Origin: Lytechinus pictus
Taxonomy: Eukaryota
NCBI RefSeq assembly: GCF_037042905.1
Contig: NC_087245.1
Coordinates: 42,844,001-42,908,000 of the forward strand
Length of the DNA stretch: 64,000 nucleotides
Direction of reading: 5' to 3'
Both the position numbers and the translations under genes were made by a program. The notes under the pieces were generated by a model. That model was not told the origin of the DNA and made no database searches. It saw only the letters and a program-made list of their open reading frames with translations. The number at the start of each line of letters is the position of its first letter. The first letter of the stretch is position 1. Below are positions 1 to 13,289 of the stretch, piece by piece.

Positions 1-1165
1 AATCAAACTTTGTTTTACAGGACAATGAGGAGAAAAATCGAATATTTCATATAATAAAATAGTGAGTGATGTCATCAGTTCGCTCATTTGCATACTGACC
101 TGCATGTGCATATAACTATTTTGTGAAATTAAGTGATTTAGATTTAGATTTAGATTTATTTATTTATTTCCGTTCAAACAAAAGATATAATCCAAGTAAA
201 GTGTAAATACATGTTCAAAATAATACATACTCAAAATAATACATACAGTTCTATAACATTTCATAACAAATATTGAGAATAAAAATATCTGAACTTGCCA
301 AGAAAAGCAGAGCTTGTAAATAAGGCAAGTCCCTAAACATAGTTCCAATACTAATTAACATAACCTATATACAAGAGACGAGTGGAAAACAAAATTAAAA
401 TACATAATCTACAAAATACCAAAATAGAGCGTATAAGCGACAAAAAAAAGTGGAAAGTAATTTGAATAATTGGAGTGATAACGATAATGATGATAACATT
501 TTTAATAGAAATTATAGGAGTGGAAAAGGGAGGCAAAGGAAAGAGAGGGGAAAAAAGGGTGGTGCAAATAAAACTGAAAATAAAAAGAGGAACATGACAG
601 GTGCACAGGTCACAGGACACTGTAGTGACATAATTTAGAATATATATTAGACAAATTTGTTGATAATTAAATGATAGTTGTAAATAAGTTTAGTTACAGT
701 TATATATTAGCTTGACTTGTTGGTGTGGAGTATTGACAAATTAGCATCTTTTTAAGTTTGCGCTTGAAAATATTAATGCTTGGTGATTCTTTAAAGTCAT
801 TGGGCAGTGAATTCCAATACACTGGTCCAAAAAAGACGAAAGAGTTTTTTGCTAAAAGAGTACGGGTTGGGGGTAGATGATAACAATTACGTTGTCTCGT
901 TGGGTAATCATGTATGGAGGAGTTTTTACAAAACATATTTGAAAAAATTGTGGGGAGATCATTTTTATTTAGTTTATACATAAATTGGGCGAGTTGGAAA
1001 AGATATAAATCATTCACTTTAAGAATATTATTTTGGAAAAAAAAAGTGAAACTTAAAAATGTCATAACTTATTTTACTGCCGATTTTGATGGAATTTTCA
1101 GTGTTATGCTCGTTGGATTTTTCTATTTTTATCAAACCAACTTTTCGTTGGGGTAGACTTTACCT
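1..1165. mobile_element. Right part of a TTAA-flanked (Kolobok-like) MITE, interrupted by a LINE fragment
   Basis: 1-136 and 1050-1165 are colinear with the right arm of the element at 19987-23121; it ends in CCT followed by TTAA. Confidence 0.7.
137..1043 (-). mobile_element. 5'-truncated CR1/L2-group LINE (ORF2 C-terminus, 3' UTR, (TCTAAA)n tail)
   Basis: ORF 700-1065 (NILKVNDLY..FMYK..H.YPTR..GPVYWNSLP..SINIFKRKLK) is a typical CR1/L2 ORF2 tail; simple-repeat tail from 137; TSD AAGTGA at 131-136 and 1044-1049. Confidence 0.85.
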
Positions 1166-1978
1166 TTAATAACGCTACTCATAAGCCTGATTGAGAAATA
1201 TTGATTAACCAGATACTGTTTCTTTCACTATTCTCTCCCAATATATTATTTGATTCTATTCTTATAGGGGATCTATGTTAAAAAATAGATTCGGAGCTAT
1301 TCTATATTCAAATCAATTCCAGAATAAAAAAAGAAGCGGTGATATCCTACATATTTTGTATAGATTCCACTTTTTTACTGCAAAGTAACATACTATTTTT
1401 TTGCCCTTGACAGATGAAAAGGTGAACATGGTGAATTAATCTTTAATGGCATCCTTTGAAAATAAAGTAGTTATTCCTGTAGCGATTGGATGAACTATTG
1501 CCCCAAAGTGATCTTGAGTCTCTAGGCGCACCGGGCAGGCACGATGACTGAGTGGTAGAGCACCCGCCAGATGAACGGGACTCATTGGTTCGATTGACGG
1601 CTGAGTCGTACTTAAAAAGGGAATTTCTGCCTGCTAGCTTGTCAGGTGCTCGTCGTGCAAGAATGGAGAAGGGTAATAAAAACATGATATGTTATGGAGG
1701 GCCCACTGGAATAACAATATCAGCTGAAATGGCTACCTTTGGGGAAAAGAATTCAGAAAGAGAGAAATGAAAAAGATAAATTATTTTTCCCGAAGGCTTA
1801 CTGAGGGGAAAATAGTTTTCACTATTGCCCGAATAAACGAGCCATTAATCGATTTTAAGTTATTGTGAGTCAAAGCAGCAGTTGCTTTGCTCAAGTTATA
1901 CCAATCTGTACTCTGCCAGAATTATCTATAAATTATTTTTATTTAAAAAATGATTTAAAAAGAAATTCTGAAGCATAC

Positions 1979-2174
1979 ATGCAAGATGATATATGACCGT
2001 TTCCAAAGTGACGAAGATGAAGGCGGTTGAATATTCCATGTCCAGTTGGATGACCAGACTTGGAACAAGAACGGACAGTGATTTGACCAGTCCAGGATGC
2101 AAGAAATGGACCATAAACTTTGCTACAACGATGATGTATCGCCATCTATCAAGATTCGGCGTCGAAGGCTTCAT
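1979..2174 (-). CDS. Probable first coding exon of an SLC16/monocarboxylate-transporter-like MFS gene; remainder not found, probably left of the window
   Basis: ATG at 2174; MKPSTPNLDRWRYIIVVAKFMVHFLHPGLVKSLSVLVPSLVIQLDMEYSTAFIFVTLETVIYHLA resembles SLC16 TM1-TM2; phase-1 donor GTATG at 1978. Confidence 0.55.
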
Positions 2175-2645
2175 AGCTGACAACCACAGATGTATTGACA
2201 ATACGTTTTCACAGACTAGACCCCGAGGAGTAGACCCGGCTGCTGACTAAGCTTTGCGGGAAAAGATGGTCTAGTAAAAACAGCAAAATAAAAGAACAAA
2301 TTGAAAACACTTATATATATATTTTTTCTTTTTATGACAATTATTTGGTCTTTTGAATCGTTCAAAGTCCATCCACTTTCGCACAGTAGGGTCTGTAGAT
2401 AGCGGGGCTAAGGCAGGTTGGTGATATCCAAGCCCACATAGGGCAAGGACGTATCATAATATTGTATGCGCTATTATACAAGATCTGCCTTATCACTATT
2501 TGTTGTTTTCAATACGCCAAGTATAGGGTCAACGTGTCACTGGAAAGCCATGACCTGTAACATGCTCATTATTTGTTTTTGTTGTAGCGGCTTTACAAAC
2601 AAATTACACCGTGATGAATTGCTAGTAAATTTCATGACCTGTATA

Positions 2646-2849
2646 CAGGGGCGGATCCAGGATTTTCCATAATGGGGGGGGGGGGGCAAATTTTTCGGAG
2701 GAAAAGCAAAAAAAAAAGGTTTTCAACCACAAATTAAGGATATTTCGTACCCAAAAAAAATTGACAAGCAAAAAAAAAAAAGTTCTTCAATTTCAAAAGA
2801 GGGGGCACACCTCTGCTTTTTATGCCCCCCCCCCCCTGGATCCTCCATT
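2646..2849. mobile_element. Short non-autonomous TIR element
   Basis: CAGGGGCGGATCCAGG...CCTGGATCCTCCATT termini with subterminal poly-G and poly-C runs. Confidence 0.6.
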
Positions 2850-3156
2850 ACCAATATACCAGGATAATTCCCGGGCGATCATATGTAAAAATAAGATGAT
2901 GTTCACTATGACAACGGCCTTGCCTATTTTGTAAACATTTTATCATGAGATCTATTAACTGTTCATGATTTCGAGTGTCTTGAAGAAGATTCAAAAGTTA
3001 ACGTGCATATCTATCATGAGGCTTAGGGAATCATATCCATCAACAGAACAATCATTTTGTATAAGACATAATTTTGAGATTCAACTTATTTTAGTTAAAT
3101 TTTGAAAAATCAAATACATTTACATTAAATGGTCGATCACGCGTCGCCGTCTTGTA

Positions 3157-3792
3157 TATCGCGTGATTAAAAACAAAAATTGACACATCATGAATCCCAA
3201 ATTTAAGGGAAAATATGTCATGAACACAATATGGCCTGAAAAAGTAAGTTCTCATAAATAATTTGATACCATATTTATGTGGTATGTGATAACGCTTGCA
3301 TGACGAGGAGGTATTCTTTGCAATGATATAAATTTAAATTTGCGCCAAATTAAGGCATGACTGCAATAATGAATCCAGATGTCAATGATGTCATAATCCT
3401 ACAAGTTAAATTCTATTTCAAAACACATTTTTTTAGTAATTTACATTGTAATTGTTTTACAAACACATTTTAGTATCAATTTCACAAGTTAATTTCATTG
3501 AAATGGATAAACAAATATGTTTACTAACTTATGAAGGATTTTGACATTGGCATCTGGATTCATTAATTGCAGTCATGCCTTCCTTTGGCGCAAGTCAAAA
3601 TTTACATCACTGTAAAGAATATCTATTGATTATCCAAGCACGAAGACATACGGTACTACATAAATATGGAATCAAATTATTAGGAAGACGATGCTCTTTC
3701 GAACCATATATAATGATTATTGATTGTGTTCATGGCATATATTTTTCTTTTAATCTGGGATTCGTGAGGTGTCAAGTTTTTTACGCACATGG
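3157..3792. mobile_element. Long-TIR MITE (Tc1/mariner-like)
   Basis: ~230-bp imperfect inverted arms (about 3157-3387 and 3545-3792); TA at the right end. Confidence 0.65.
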
Positions 3793-3834
3793 TACACACA
3801 CAGAAAATTTTACACAAGTTGTGTTAAATTTTAC

Positions 3835-4367
3835 ACAACTGTGATGTACGTATAGAACTCCACAACAATTGTGTGAAATTTTACCTAACCCCTATTTTGT
3901 AAAATATACAAAACTATTATGTAAGAATTTACATTTCTGCAAAGTAAATTTTTTACATAATTGCTGTGTAATTTTTTCATTTTGTAAAAAATACACATCT
4001 GCGATGTACGTATAGAACTCCACAACAATTGTGTAAAGTTTTACCTAACCCCTATTTTGTAAAATATACCAAACTATTATGTAAGAATTAGATTTCAGCT
4101 AGGTAAAAATTTTACATACTTGCTGACTAATTTTTTTTAATGCATCATTTTGTTGTAATTTTTCTTCAGTATTCTGTACCCTTTACTCTGTTATTGTGTT
4201 CACCCAATAGGTTCTCCATGTACTAGCAGAGTAAAGGGTACAGAATACAGAAGTAAAATTTACACCAAAATGATTCATTAAAAAAAATACACAGCAGTTA
4301 TGTAAAGTTTTTACCTTGCTGAAATGTAAATTCTTAAATAATAGTTTGGTATATTTTACAAAATAAA
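3835..4367. repeat. Left subterminal array: two ~160-bp tandem units plus a ~140-bp inverted copy
   Basis: GATGTACGTATAGAACTCC at 3843 and 4003; about 4053-4190 is inverted at about 4228-4365. Confidence 0.85.
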
Positions 4368-5231
4368 ACAATTATACAGAAAATCATGTAAAAAAAGAAC
4401 ATATATTGTAATATTATAATGACACAGACAAGAACACATCGATCATTATATACATGTAACAACTTTTTTTATATTTATATGTTTATTTAGAAACAAAATT
4501 ACATGAATTATTTATACAAATAATTATAAGGGATTAGAAAAAATAACTATTAATTACAATATTTACAAATAATTAGGATGATTCTATAAAAACAACAACA
4601 AGGAATATAAAATGGTGGAAAAAATTATATATGTACTTTAAGTCATGTTTTGAAAAACTAGTAGGCCTCCCATGTAAATTGCTGAAAGATGCGGTTGCAA
4701 TATTTTGAGTAGGAAAAAAAAAGAAAAAAAATTAAGAGAAAAGAAGAAAAAGAGGAAGAAAAAGAAAGGGTGAAGGGTAGATAATTGTAAAAATAGCGTT
4801 TTTAATCATGTATAAGCCATTTTACCCTGATTTTACCCCTGTTGTTCAATTTTCAAAAAATATTATGATGTCACCCCCCCCCCCTGGAAAGTTCGCCCCT
4901 CCTACCAAAACACCCTGGCGCCTCCCCTGGCTATATGGCATGTTATTGCTTCTACATCCGAACTATTGGAAAAATGCAGGCACCCTACACTTTGGAATTC
5001 TCTTTTTGGTGACAAGCTAATGAGTCAAGTATAAAACACCTATTGAAAATATCAGGTCATTTAATTATTAACGATAATTAGGGCAAACAAACAATCATTA
5101 TAGATGATGGAAATGAGAGAAGTGTTTTGAAATATACACAGAATAATTATATCACATACAGGTGCATTTCTACTCTAGTTTACATACAATTTAACTGCCT
5201 TAATAAGTTCACCACCCAGATCAGGCCTTAA

Positions 5232-5677
5232 CCAACTGGGGGGGGGGGGTGGGGGTCTATTTGATGACCCCCTCCCCCTCAACGATTCACACAATATCTC
5301 CATAATGCATAGTGGTCTTGGCACAAGCTTTCATGAATTTTTTTTAAACAAGTATCGCACAACTTTCAACAGTGTCAACACCAAATTTATCGTGACTGCA
5401 CATACAGATTTAAGGCCACGATCCTTTGAAAACTTTTCATCAAGTCAAAAAATGACTAAAAAACATGATTTTGGGTACAAATTCAATGCAATATTTCTAT
5501 GTTTCAATAAATCAATATAAAAATTCACTTTTAAAATTCAAATGGCTGAAATGACTTAATTTTAGCATAATCATACTTCAATTCAATTATGCTTGCAGAG
5601 ATCACTGCGCATTGTGGAGTAATCACGTGAATCGTTGAGGGAGGGGGCCAAATTGACCCGCCCCCATTGGAATAGGG
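5232..5677. mobile_element. piggyBac-like MITE
   Basis: TTAA at 5228-5231 and 5678-5681; ends AATAGGG; related ends at 11420 and 50503. Confidence 0.55.
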
Positions 5678-5899
5678 TTAAACAGTCTACAAGTTGACAT
5701 TTACTAAGTCAGGTTTGAACAGTCTACAGTTTGACATTTACTTTGTCAATTAAAAAACAAAAGCAGTTTAAAAAAATTTTGACATCACTCAACATAGGAA
5801 CTTCTTTAGAGCAAAAGTTCATTGGAAGAAATTGTATTTATTCGAATATACTTGAACATTTTGATATAAATTGTTCTACAAAATAATATTTTGAACAGA

Positions 5900-8800
5900 T
5901 CCCCGGTGGTTTGGTTTGGTTTTGGTTGCTTTTTTACCTCCCAACTATAATTGTATGTGTGTTAACTCATTTCTATTTGTTGTTTGTTTTGTTATTTTTA
6001 TGTTGTTTTAACTTACATGCCTGACTGCATTTTATATCAACAATGTTTACAAGATATTGATTTATCGAGGATCAATGAATTGTTGTCTCCAATTGATGGT
6101 AGTGATTCTTTTAATGGCCCCAATCAAAATTATTATTTGCCAAATGAATTCAACACATGTCTAAAAGATTGTGAGTCTTTTATTAATTTCAAAAATAGAT
6201 TTTCATGTTTGCATATAAATAGCAGAAGTTTAAAGAAAAACATTGATGGTTTAACATCGTTTTTAAATTGCATTGATTTAGACTTTTGTGCTATTGGTAT
6301 CACCGAAACTTGGCTTAAACAAAATGATTCTGATTATAAAATTGACGGTTATTCATTTATAGGTCTTTCCCGCACAGGACGTAGAGGGGGTGGTGTGGGA
6401 GCTTTTATTCGAAATGATTTTAACTTTGTACATAGAAATGAATATAATATTTTTTCTGAATCTATTGAATGTATTTGTATAGAAATAAAGTCTTGCCCAA
6501 AAAATATTTTATTCAATGTTATTTATAGACCTCCAAATTCATCATTTCCTAATTTCATCGAATCCTTGAATATTCTTTTAGGAAATGTAAATAGTGAAAA
6601 TAAATTATTATATTTTATTGGAGATTTTAATCTTAATTTGTATAATGCCGATTCTTGCTCAAATGTTAGTGATTTTTTGGATGCTTTTATGACTAAGTCT
6701 GTTTATCCCACTATTCATTATCCAACCAGAGTTACGGATCAATCTGTAACGTTGATTGATAATATCTTCACTAATGATTTAAATGATGTGTCATGTGGAA
6801 TTTTCCTTGTTGATGTTAGCGACCATTTCCCCATATTTTGTATACACTCAAAGGTTATTATACCTAATAAAAAAATCAAATTAACTAAACGTGTCGTTAA
6901 TGATCATAATATTCTTGATTTCACAAATAAATTGGAGAATGTCGTCTGGCACACAGTTGATGAGGATCCAAATACTAGTTATAATAATTTTTTGCATCAA
7001 TTTATGCAAGTCTATAATGAATGTTTTCCAAAGGTCGAAATGAAAAACAAATCTAGGAAAGATAAGCCATGGTTTAATCTAGACTTGCGCAAAATGTGTC
7101 ATAAAAAGTTTCTATTATATAAAAAATATATTAGAAATCCAACGGAGTATAGAGAACGAACGTATAAATCATTCCGTAATAAAGTTAATAGTGAAATAAA
7201 ACGTGTTAAAAGGGAGTATTTTGAAAATCAATTTTTTGAAGTAAAGGCGAATTTAAAAAGAACTTGGAAAATTATTAACAAAGCTCTGGGTAATAAAAGA
7301 AAAGTAAACATTATTGAAAATATCAATGTTCATGATGAAATTATTACTGACGATTTCATAAAAGCACAAACATTTAATAAATATTTTATTGAGATTGGCT
7401 CCTCATTAACTAATAATATACAGTGCAATACCTCTGGCAATAATTTTACACAGTACTTAAAACGAAATATTCATACTGCATTTTTTAATCCCATCACCCC
7501 CGGTGAAATAATAAAAATCACTTCTAGCTTTGATAATCAGTCTAGTGCAGGTTTTGATGAAATAAATATTTCAATTGTTAAAAAAGTTATACATATCATC
7601 TGCTATCCTCTGTGCAATATATTTAACTCTGTTTTATCTATTGGTGTTTTTCCGGATCAATTAAAGATTGGCAAAGTTGTTCCGGTTTTTAAAAATGGAT
7701 CTCCGGCTAATGTTTCAAACTATAGACCTATATCTGTGTTACCTGTTTTCTCAAAAATGCTTGAAAAATGTATATACAATCGCCTCTTATATTTTCTGGA
7801 TAAATATGACATTATTGTTAAATCCCAGTATGGATTCCGTCCCGGGCACTCCACATCCTCTGCATTAGCTGATTTAGTTTGTAAAGTCTCAACTGCTTTT
7901 AATTATAAAGAAATATTATTTGGATTATTTTTGGATTTGAGTAAGGCTTTTGACACTTTAGATCATAATATTCTTTTATATAAGTTACAAAATTATGGTA
8001 TTCGTGGTGTCCTCTTAGATTTATTTGAAAGTTATTTATTTAATCGTAAACAATATGTTTTTATTAATAATTTTAAATCCGAATTAGATACAGTAGGATG
8101 CGGAGTGCCTCAGGGGTCCATCCTGGGACCTTTATTATTTCTTATTTATATAAATGATGTATGCAATATTTCTGAGAATTTACATTTTATCTTGTATGCT
8201 GATGATACAAGTGTTTTTATGTCTGACACAAATATTAATAGTTTAATGGTTAACTTCAATAATGAGTTGTGCAAACTATCTCAGTGGCTTGTTGTAAATA
8301 GATTGATTTTAAATGTAAATAAAACTCAATGTATGATATTCACCAATAAGAAAATTAATTTCAATAACATTATTATTGAAATGAATGGTACTAAAATAAA
8401 TGTTGCTACGTCTATCAATTTTCTTGGGGTGATTGTGAATATAAACTGTTATGGCATGAGCACATCAATCAAGTTTGTAACAAAGTTTCAAAATGCATTG
8501 GCGTACTTTATAGGTTAAAGCATTTCCCACGTAAAATTTTATTGATGATTTACAATGCTATAATTTCACCTCATTTAAACTATTGCAATATTGTATGGGC
8601 CAATTCTAGAAATTATTCAATGATGAGATTATTCTTATTACAAAAGAAAGCCATAAGAATAGTTTTTCATGCCAATTATCTTGCCCATTCTAAACCAATT
8701 TTCAAAGAATTGAAGTTATTGAATATTTTTGATATGAATGATTTTAATATTGCAGTTTTCATGTTTTTAGTTTTTAATAAAATTATACCATCTAGTCTTT

Positions 8801-9272
8801 CAACATTTTTCAAATTGAATTCTGATTTTTACTTGTATAATATGCGAAAGCCTTTAGATTTTCACTTGCCATTTGAGAGAACCAATATTGGTATCAATTC
8901 TATATTCTTTAAGGGTCCTAAAATTTGGAATGCATTACCTGATGACATTAAATTAAGTGTATCACTCAATTCTTTCAAACGATTATTAAAAAAAAAAAAT
9001 TACTTATAAAATTATCAGGCTTTGTTTGTTCAAGTATCGTGTAGGGTTTGTCTTGGAATATTAATAATTTGTATTTTTATTTATCATCGTTATTTTCTAG
9101 TTATTATGTTAAAATGTCCATTTTAAAATGTTTGTGCCTACATTTTGGTGGCAGCACTGTATAAGACTTGGTTCTTCTAAGCTGTCTCCACATTCTTATA
9201 TTGATATTTTGTTTATTACTATGTATATTTATGTGTTTTTATGAATGAAATAAATTGAAATTGAAATTGAAA
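5900..9272 (+). mobile_element. CR1/L2-group LINE, nearly full ORF2
   Basis: APE+RT ORF, 3' UTR, AATAAA and an (AATTGA)n tail at 9253-9272; 5' boundary approximate. Confidence 0.92.
5984..9009 (+). pseudogene. LINE ORF2 (APE endonuclease + reverse transcriptase) with one frameshift near 8440
   Basis: APE motifs GITETWL, YRPPN, GDFN, IDNIF, SDHFP; RT motifs [35 protein letters not shown]; continues after a -1 shift as KLLWHEHINQVCNKV... into ORF 8542-9009. Confidence 0.92.
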
Positions 9273-10032
9273 AAAACAACTTAACAAAATATAAAATTAC
9301 TTATAATTAAGACCATACTTCATACAACTAAAAACTTTCTGACTTAACCCTAAAAAGACTAGGTTATTTTGGGCCCTGTGAAAACTTTTTTTTGGGGGGG
9401 GCATCAAGTGCCACCCCTCCCCATGCGCATTGTGGAGTTATCACGCAGATTGTTGAGGGAGGGGGGCCAAATTGACCCCCGCTGCCCCCAAAGGAAAAGG
9501 GTTAAACAGTCTACAAGTTGACATTTACTAAGTCAGGTTTGAACAGTCTACAGTTTGACATTTACTTTGTCAATTAAAAAACAAAAGCAGTTGAAGAAAA
9601 CAACTTAACAAAATATAATTATTAAGACCTTACTTCATACAACAAACAACTTTCTGACTTAACCCTAAAAAGACTACGTTATTTTTTTGGGGGGGCATCA
9701 AGTGCCCCCCCCCCCCCCCCGAGATCTCGGCCCAGGATCACTGTGAAACTTTGCAGGTGCGTAAAGCATTGCGTACACTACAAAACAGTGTCATCACTAC
9801 TGAAGTTGAAGCGAAACAAAGTATAGTTATTGAATGCGGGCTGCAAACTGGCTTCAGATATCAGATAACGAGTCGACTAAACAGCCTACAGTTTGACATT
9901 CACTTTGTCAATTAACCGCCCCCCCCTCCAAAAAAAAAGAGAAAGTTTAACAAAACATTTATCAACACAGGAACTTCTCTTAAGCAAAAGTATCTGGAAA
10001 GGCAATAAACTTGCTAGCTCACATGAGGACAG

Positions 10033-12768
10033 TTAGATGTTGGTATTCATTATTGACTCATAGGCTGTCTCGAAGATTCTGAACTCCCTGATCGCACTGC
10101 ATTTTACAGCTCCTTTCATCTCATAAATGTATGTTTGTAGGAACTCCCACGCACCACAACACTGAGGCTGGTATTCTAGATCCAGGACATACACTGCTTT
10201 ATAGCATGTATCTACGGCTTTCATTAAGCTACTTTGTTCCAATGCCCGCCTTTCCACAATGATGAAAATTTGCACTGGTTTAAGGAGAGACCCAATGACT
10301 AGTATGAACGGTTGAGGTCGACTTTCAGGTACAATATCTTCCAGGAACTTGTCTAGTGCAAGGTTTTCCTGAACAGAAGAATGAGAGAAAAAGAGAAAAA
10401 TATTCATGCAAAAGAGGTTCAGAACTGGATTGGCAGGAAATATAATTTTGATAGATAATTCAAGCCAGGATTACCTTAAGTACAGATCTTCAAATGAAAA
10501 AAAATAAAAATCTGAATCAAAATTCATGGAACACACCGTTGACCAAGAGTTACTGACCCTGACCATTGGCTGGTCACATGACATGAGGTGGCTATTTTCC
10601 CGAAACAAAACATGTTCAAGTTCAAGCATATTTTATCCATTCTTGATCAGGAACTTGCACTACACGTAGTCCTCTTCGCTGAAAGAAATGACATTTGCTC
10701 GATGTGAAGAATGAACTATGTCGATTTATAAATTTATTATTCATGTCTAGAACAAATCAGGAAGTTGGGACTTTTTTTATTGAACACAAGCCATTTTTAT
10801 GGGTTCGTGATTCATGTTCCTGATTCTGTCTAAGTTTGGGGGGGAGGGGGAAAGCTGCACACTGTCTAAGTGTTTTTACCGGGTAATTGCACATAAAGAA
10901 ATGTTCAATTTACGAGAATCACAAAATCAATTCTTGTGAGAGTGGTTATGAGAATCAAAATTTATTTTCATGGAATTTGCATTAAACAGTGTGGGTAACC
11001 AGATCAGAATCATACATACAATACAAATGTCTCTCGCAAAATTAGAGATTTCTCCTAAGCTGCAACAGAATTGAGCCTCTGTTGTATCTAGAATCTCCAC
11101 TATAAGATACACACTTTATAACATGCTAACTAACAGGACCAAACAGCATTACAATTTAAAAAAAAGCAAGCTGACCCAACTTACATTTTGGACATCTATG
11201 AATCCTAGTTGTGCTTCCCGGGTTGAATATCTGCCCCCTTTCCCCTTTCTTCTACCTGGAAATAGTACTGGTAACAAGCCAAAGGCTAGATTGTTCTTTT
11301 GCTCTGAATATAAAGAAATAAAAAAAACAGTAACAAAATCGTTAAAAAACATCTCATTAATTGTTAACATATCAAAAAATCAGTCTCTTTCCCCAGATTT
11401 ATTTCAAAGACACTTCTATTTAACCCTATTCTAACTGGGCATTTTCAGTGCTTGAGATTACTGGGGGGGGGGGGTGTCAATTTGACACTCCCCCCCCCCT
11501 TAAGACCTTAAGCAAAAAATCTGGTTTCATCACACTCACCCTTTCTTACTCATTTTTACAGCATTAGCGTGAAGAGTTCAGAGACTTATTCTTATTTGTT
11601 ACAGACATTTTAAAAAAGAAATGATCAAGAAGTGAAGAAAAATAAACAAAGTTTGAAAATGAATAACTGTTGATATGTTTCATCATTTTGTCTTCATCAT
11701 AAAAAAGTTTAATTTTGAAAATGAAAGATGCGTGAGAGTGAACCCCTTGAAATTTTGTAACACTTTTTTCAGAACAATGGTGTTCAGTGATGCATGAGCA
11801 TGACGAGCTAAGAGTGCTATCATAAGAAAGGTAATGAGTTGATCTATCTGTTGATATAAACCCCACTATTGCCACAGTTATATTTTTGAAATTATTATTG
11901 ATCAAAGTTGGGTTTGCTTTTTTCGATACACCCTGTAAGGTAAGTTTTTGTTTATCCACTGAAGTAATTTGACTAAGGTGCACATGGCCAGTAACATAAG
12001 AAAGGATCTTTTTAAAGTACATCAAATAGTGTATTTCATCTGTTTTGCCAGGTTGAGGCTTTCAACATGTCCAATCCATGACAATGGTGCGACGATAAAC
12101 AGATTTGTTTGCCAGCATCATGCCGGTTTTATGGAGCAGATACCAGATGCCTAAATTAGGACTGTGAAAAAAAAAATTATTGCATGTTCTTTCTTATAAC
12201 ATGAAAAACTTTATTATAATGTAAAAGAATGCAATTACCTGTATTTAGTTCATCTACCTCAAGGTCGTCTTCTCCTGCAAGTAAGTCCTTCAAAGCATAT
12301 GGTGCAATCCTTGGGCACCACTCAATTAGTTTGGTTGCAGTCTTACTCCAATTTTGATATAACCTGCTGCTGGCCACATTTTGAAGTAGGCCTACTTCAA
12401 AATCTTGTTCAATCTGTACAAAGGATAGAAATATTTGGATTGCTTAAAACTTAAAATATGGTTGTAAATGTATACATGAAAATGTCTATTAGCAACATAA
12501 TTTTCGTTACATGGTGCACACACACGGTTGGTCATCAACGCGACGCAACGACCGAACACGACAGAACACTACACTGATCTGTGGCTAAAGTCATTAAATT
12601 TTAAGTCACCACATTCACGTACATGCATATAATTTACCTCTACAAGAGCTATAACTAGCATCAATCATTTGTTCATGAAATAAAAAAGAAGTTTCTATTC
12701 TTACCTTCAAATTTGTCCACATAATCCCCAAGCCCCCATCCTCGCAGCACCGTTTCGACGTACGCCAT
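10033..12768 (-). pseudogene. Transposon-borne SAM-domain (SAMD3-like) accessory gene, internally deleted; exons 12768-12705, 12413-12239, 11303-11185, 10368-10033
   Basis: Exon 1 MAYVETVLRGWGLGDYVDKFE resembles a SAM start. The last three exons splice GT-AG in phase into IEQDF...QPFILVIG...AVDTCYKAVYVLDLEY...WEFLQ. Exon 1 (phase 1) is out of phase with the next exon (phase 0). Confidence 0.7.
11545..11935. mobile_element. Tc1/mariner-like MITE fragment in an intron of the SAM gene
   Basis: Ends TTTTTTCGATACACCCTG followed by TA; left boundary approximate. Confidence 0.45.
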
Positions 12769-12835
12769 GTTGCCAGAGTACGGTATTTTGTACTTCAAAA
12801 TTAAGAACTTCTGAATTTTACACTGCGCGCACGTG

Positions 12836-13020
12836 TCAATAAAACAAAACACAATTATGTAGAAAAACTAAATACACAATCGCCGTGTATTTCGCATATC
12901 AATAAAACAAAACACGATATGTAAAAAATCTAAGTTCACAATCGCCGTGTATTTCGCTCATCAATAAAACAAAACACCATTGTGTAAAAAAAAATAATAA
13001 ATCACAATCGCCATTTCGCA
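12836..13020. repeat. Three ~62-bp tandem subterminal repeats
   Basis: TCAATAAAACAAAACAC...CACAATCGCC...TTTCGC occurs three times. Confidence 0.9.
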
Positions 13021-13289
13021 TAACACGGATGTGGAAAAACTTTTCCCAATCATCATGTATTTTGGACTCCATTACTATGTAATATTTACCCAAACGAGGT
13101 TAAATACCCTTTTTACAATTCACATATGTATTTTAAATGCTTACAAACTGGCAAAGTAGACATTTTTTACCAGATCTTACATAGACTGTGTATAATTTAT
13201 TCTTACATGCTATTTTTTTACTTAACATTGGCAATATTTCTGTGAGTGTATATACTGTAGATGGCGGTCCGGCAATTCGAACGTAGTTT

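Larger units (their letters stand above)
3795..13248 (-). mobile_element. Non-autonomous CACTA/EnSpm (CMC)-like DNA transposon
   Basis: Termini CACACACAGAAA (3795) and TTTCTGTGAGTG (13248), 11/12 inverted match, with TA on both sides; subterminal tandem and inverted repeats at both ends; carries a SAM-domain gene; no transposase seen. Confidence 0.7.

Noticed and set aside
1537..1610. tRNA-like A/B boxes (GAGTGGTAGAGC...GGTTCGATT)
   Set aside because: No complete cloverleaf; at most a decayed SINE head.
1443..1736. Possible exon 2 of the transporter after a pyrimidine-rich acceptor
   Set aside because: The required phase-1 reading stops after five codons, and the other frames do not resemble MFS proteins.
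12836..13020. CRISPR-like periodic repeats (also 44900-45950 and 63500-64000)
   Set aside because: Whole units repeat with no unique spacers, there are no cas genes, and the context is eukaryotic.
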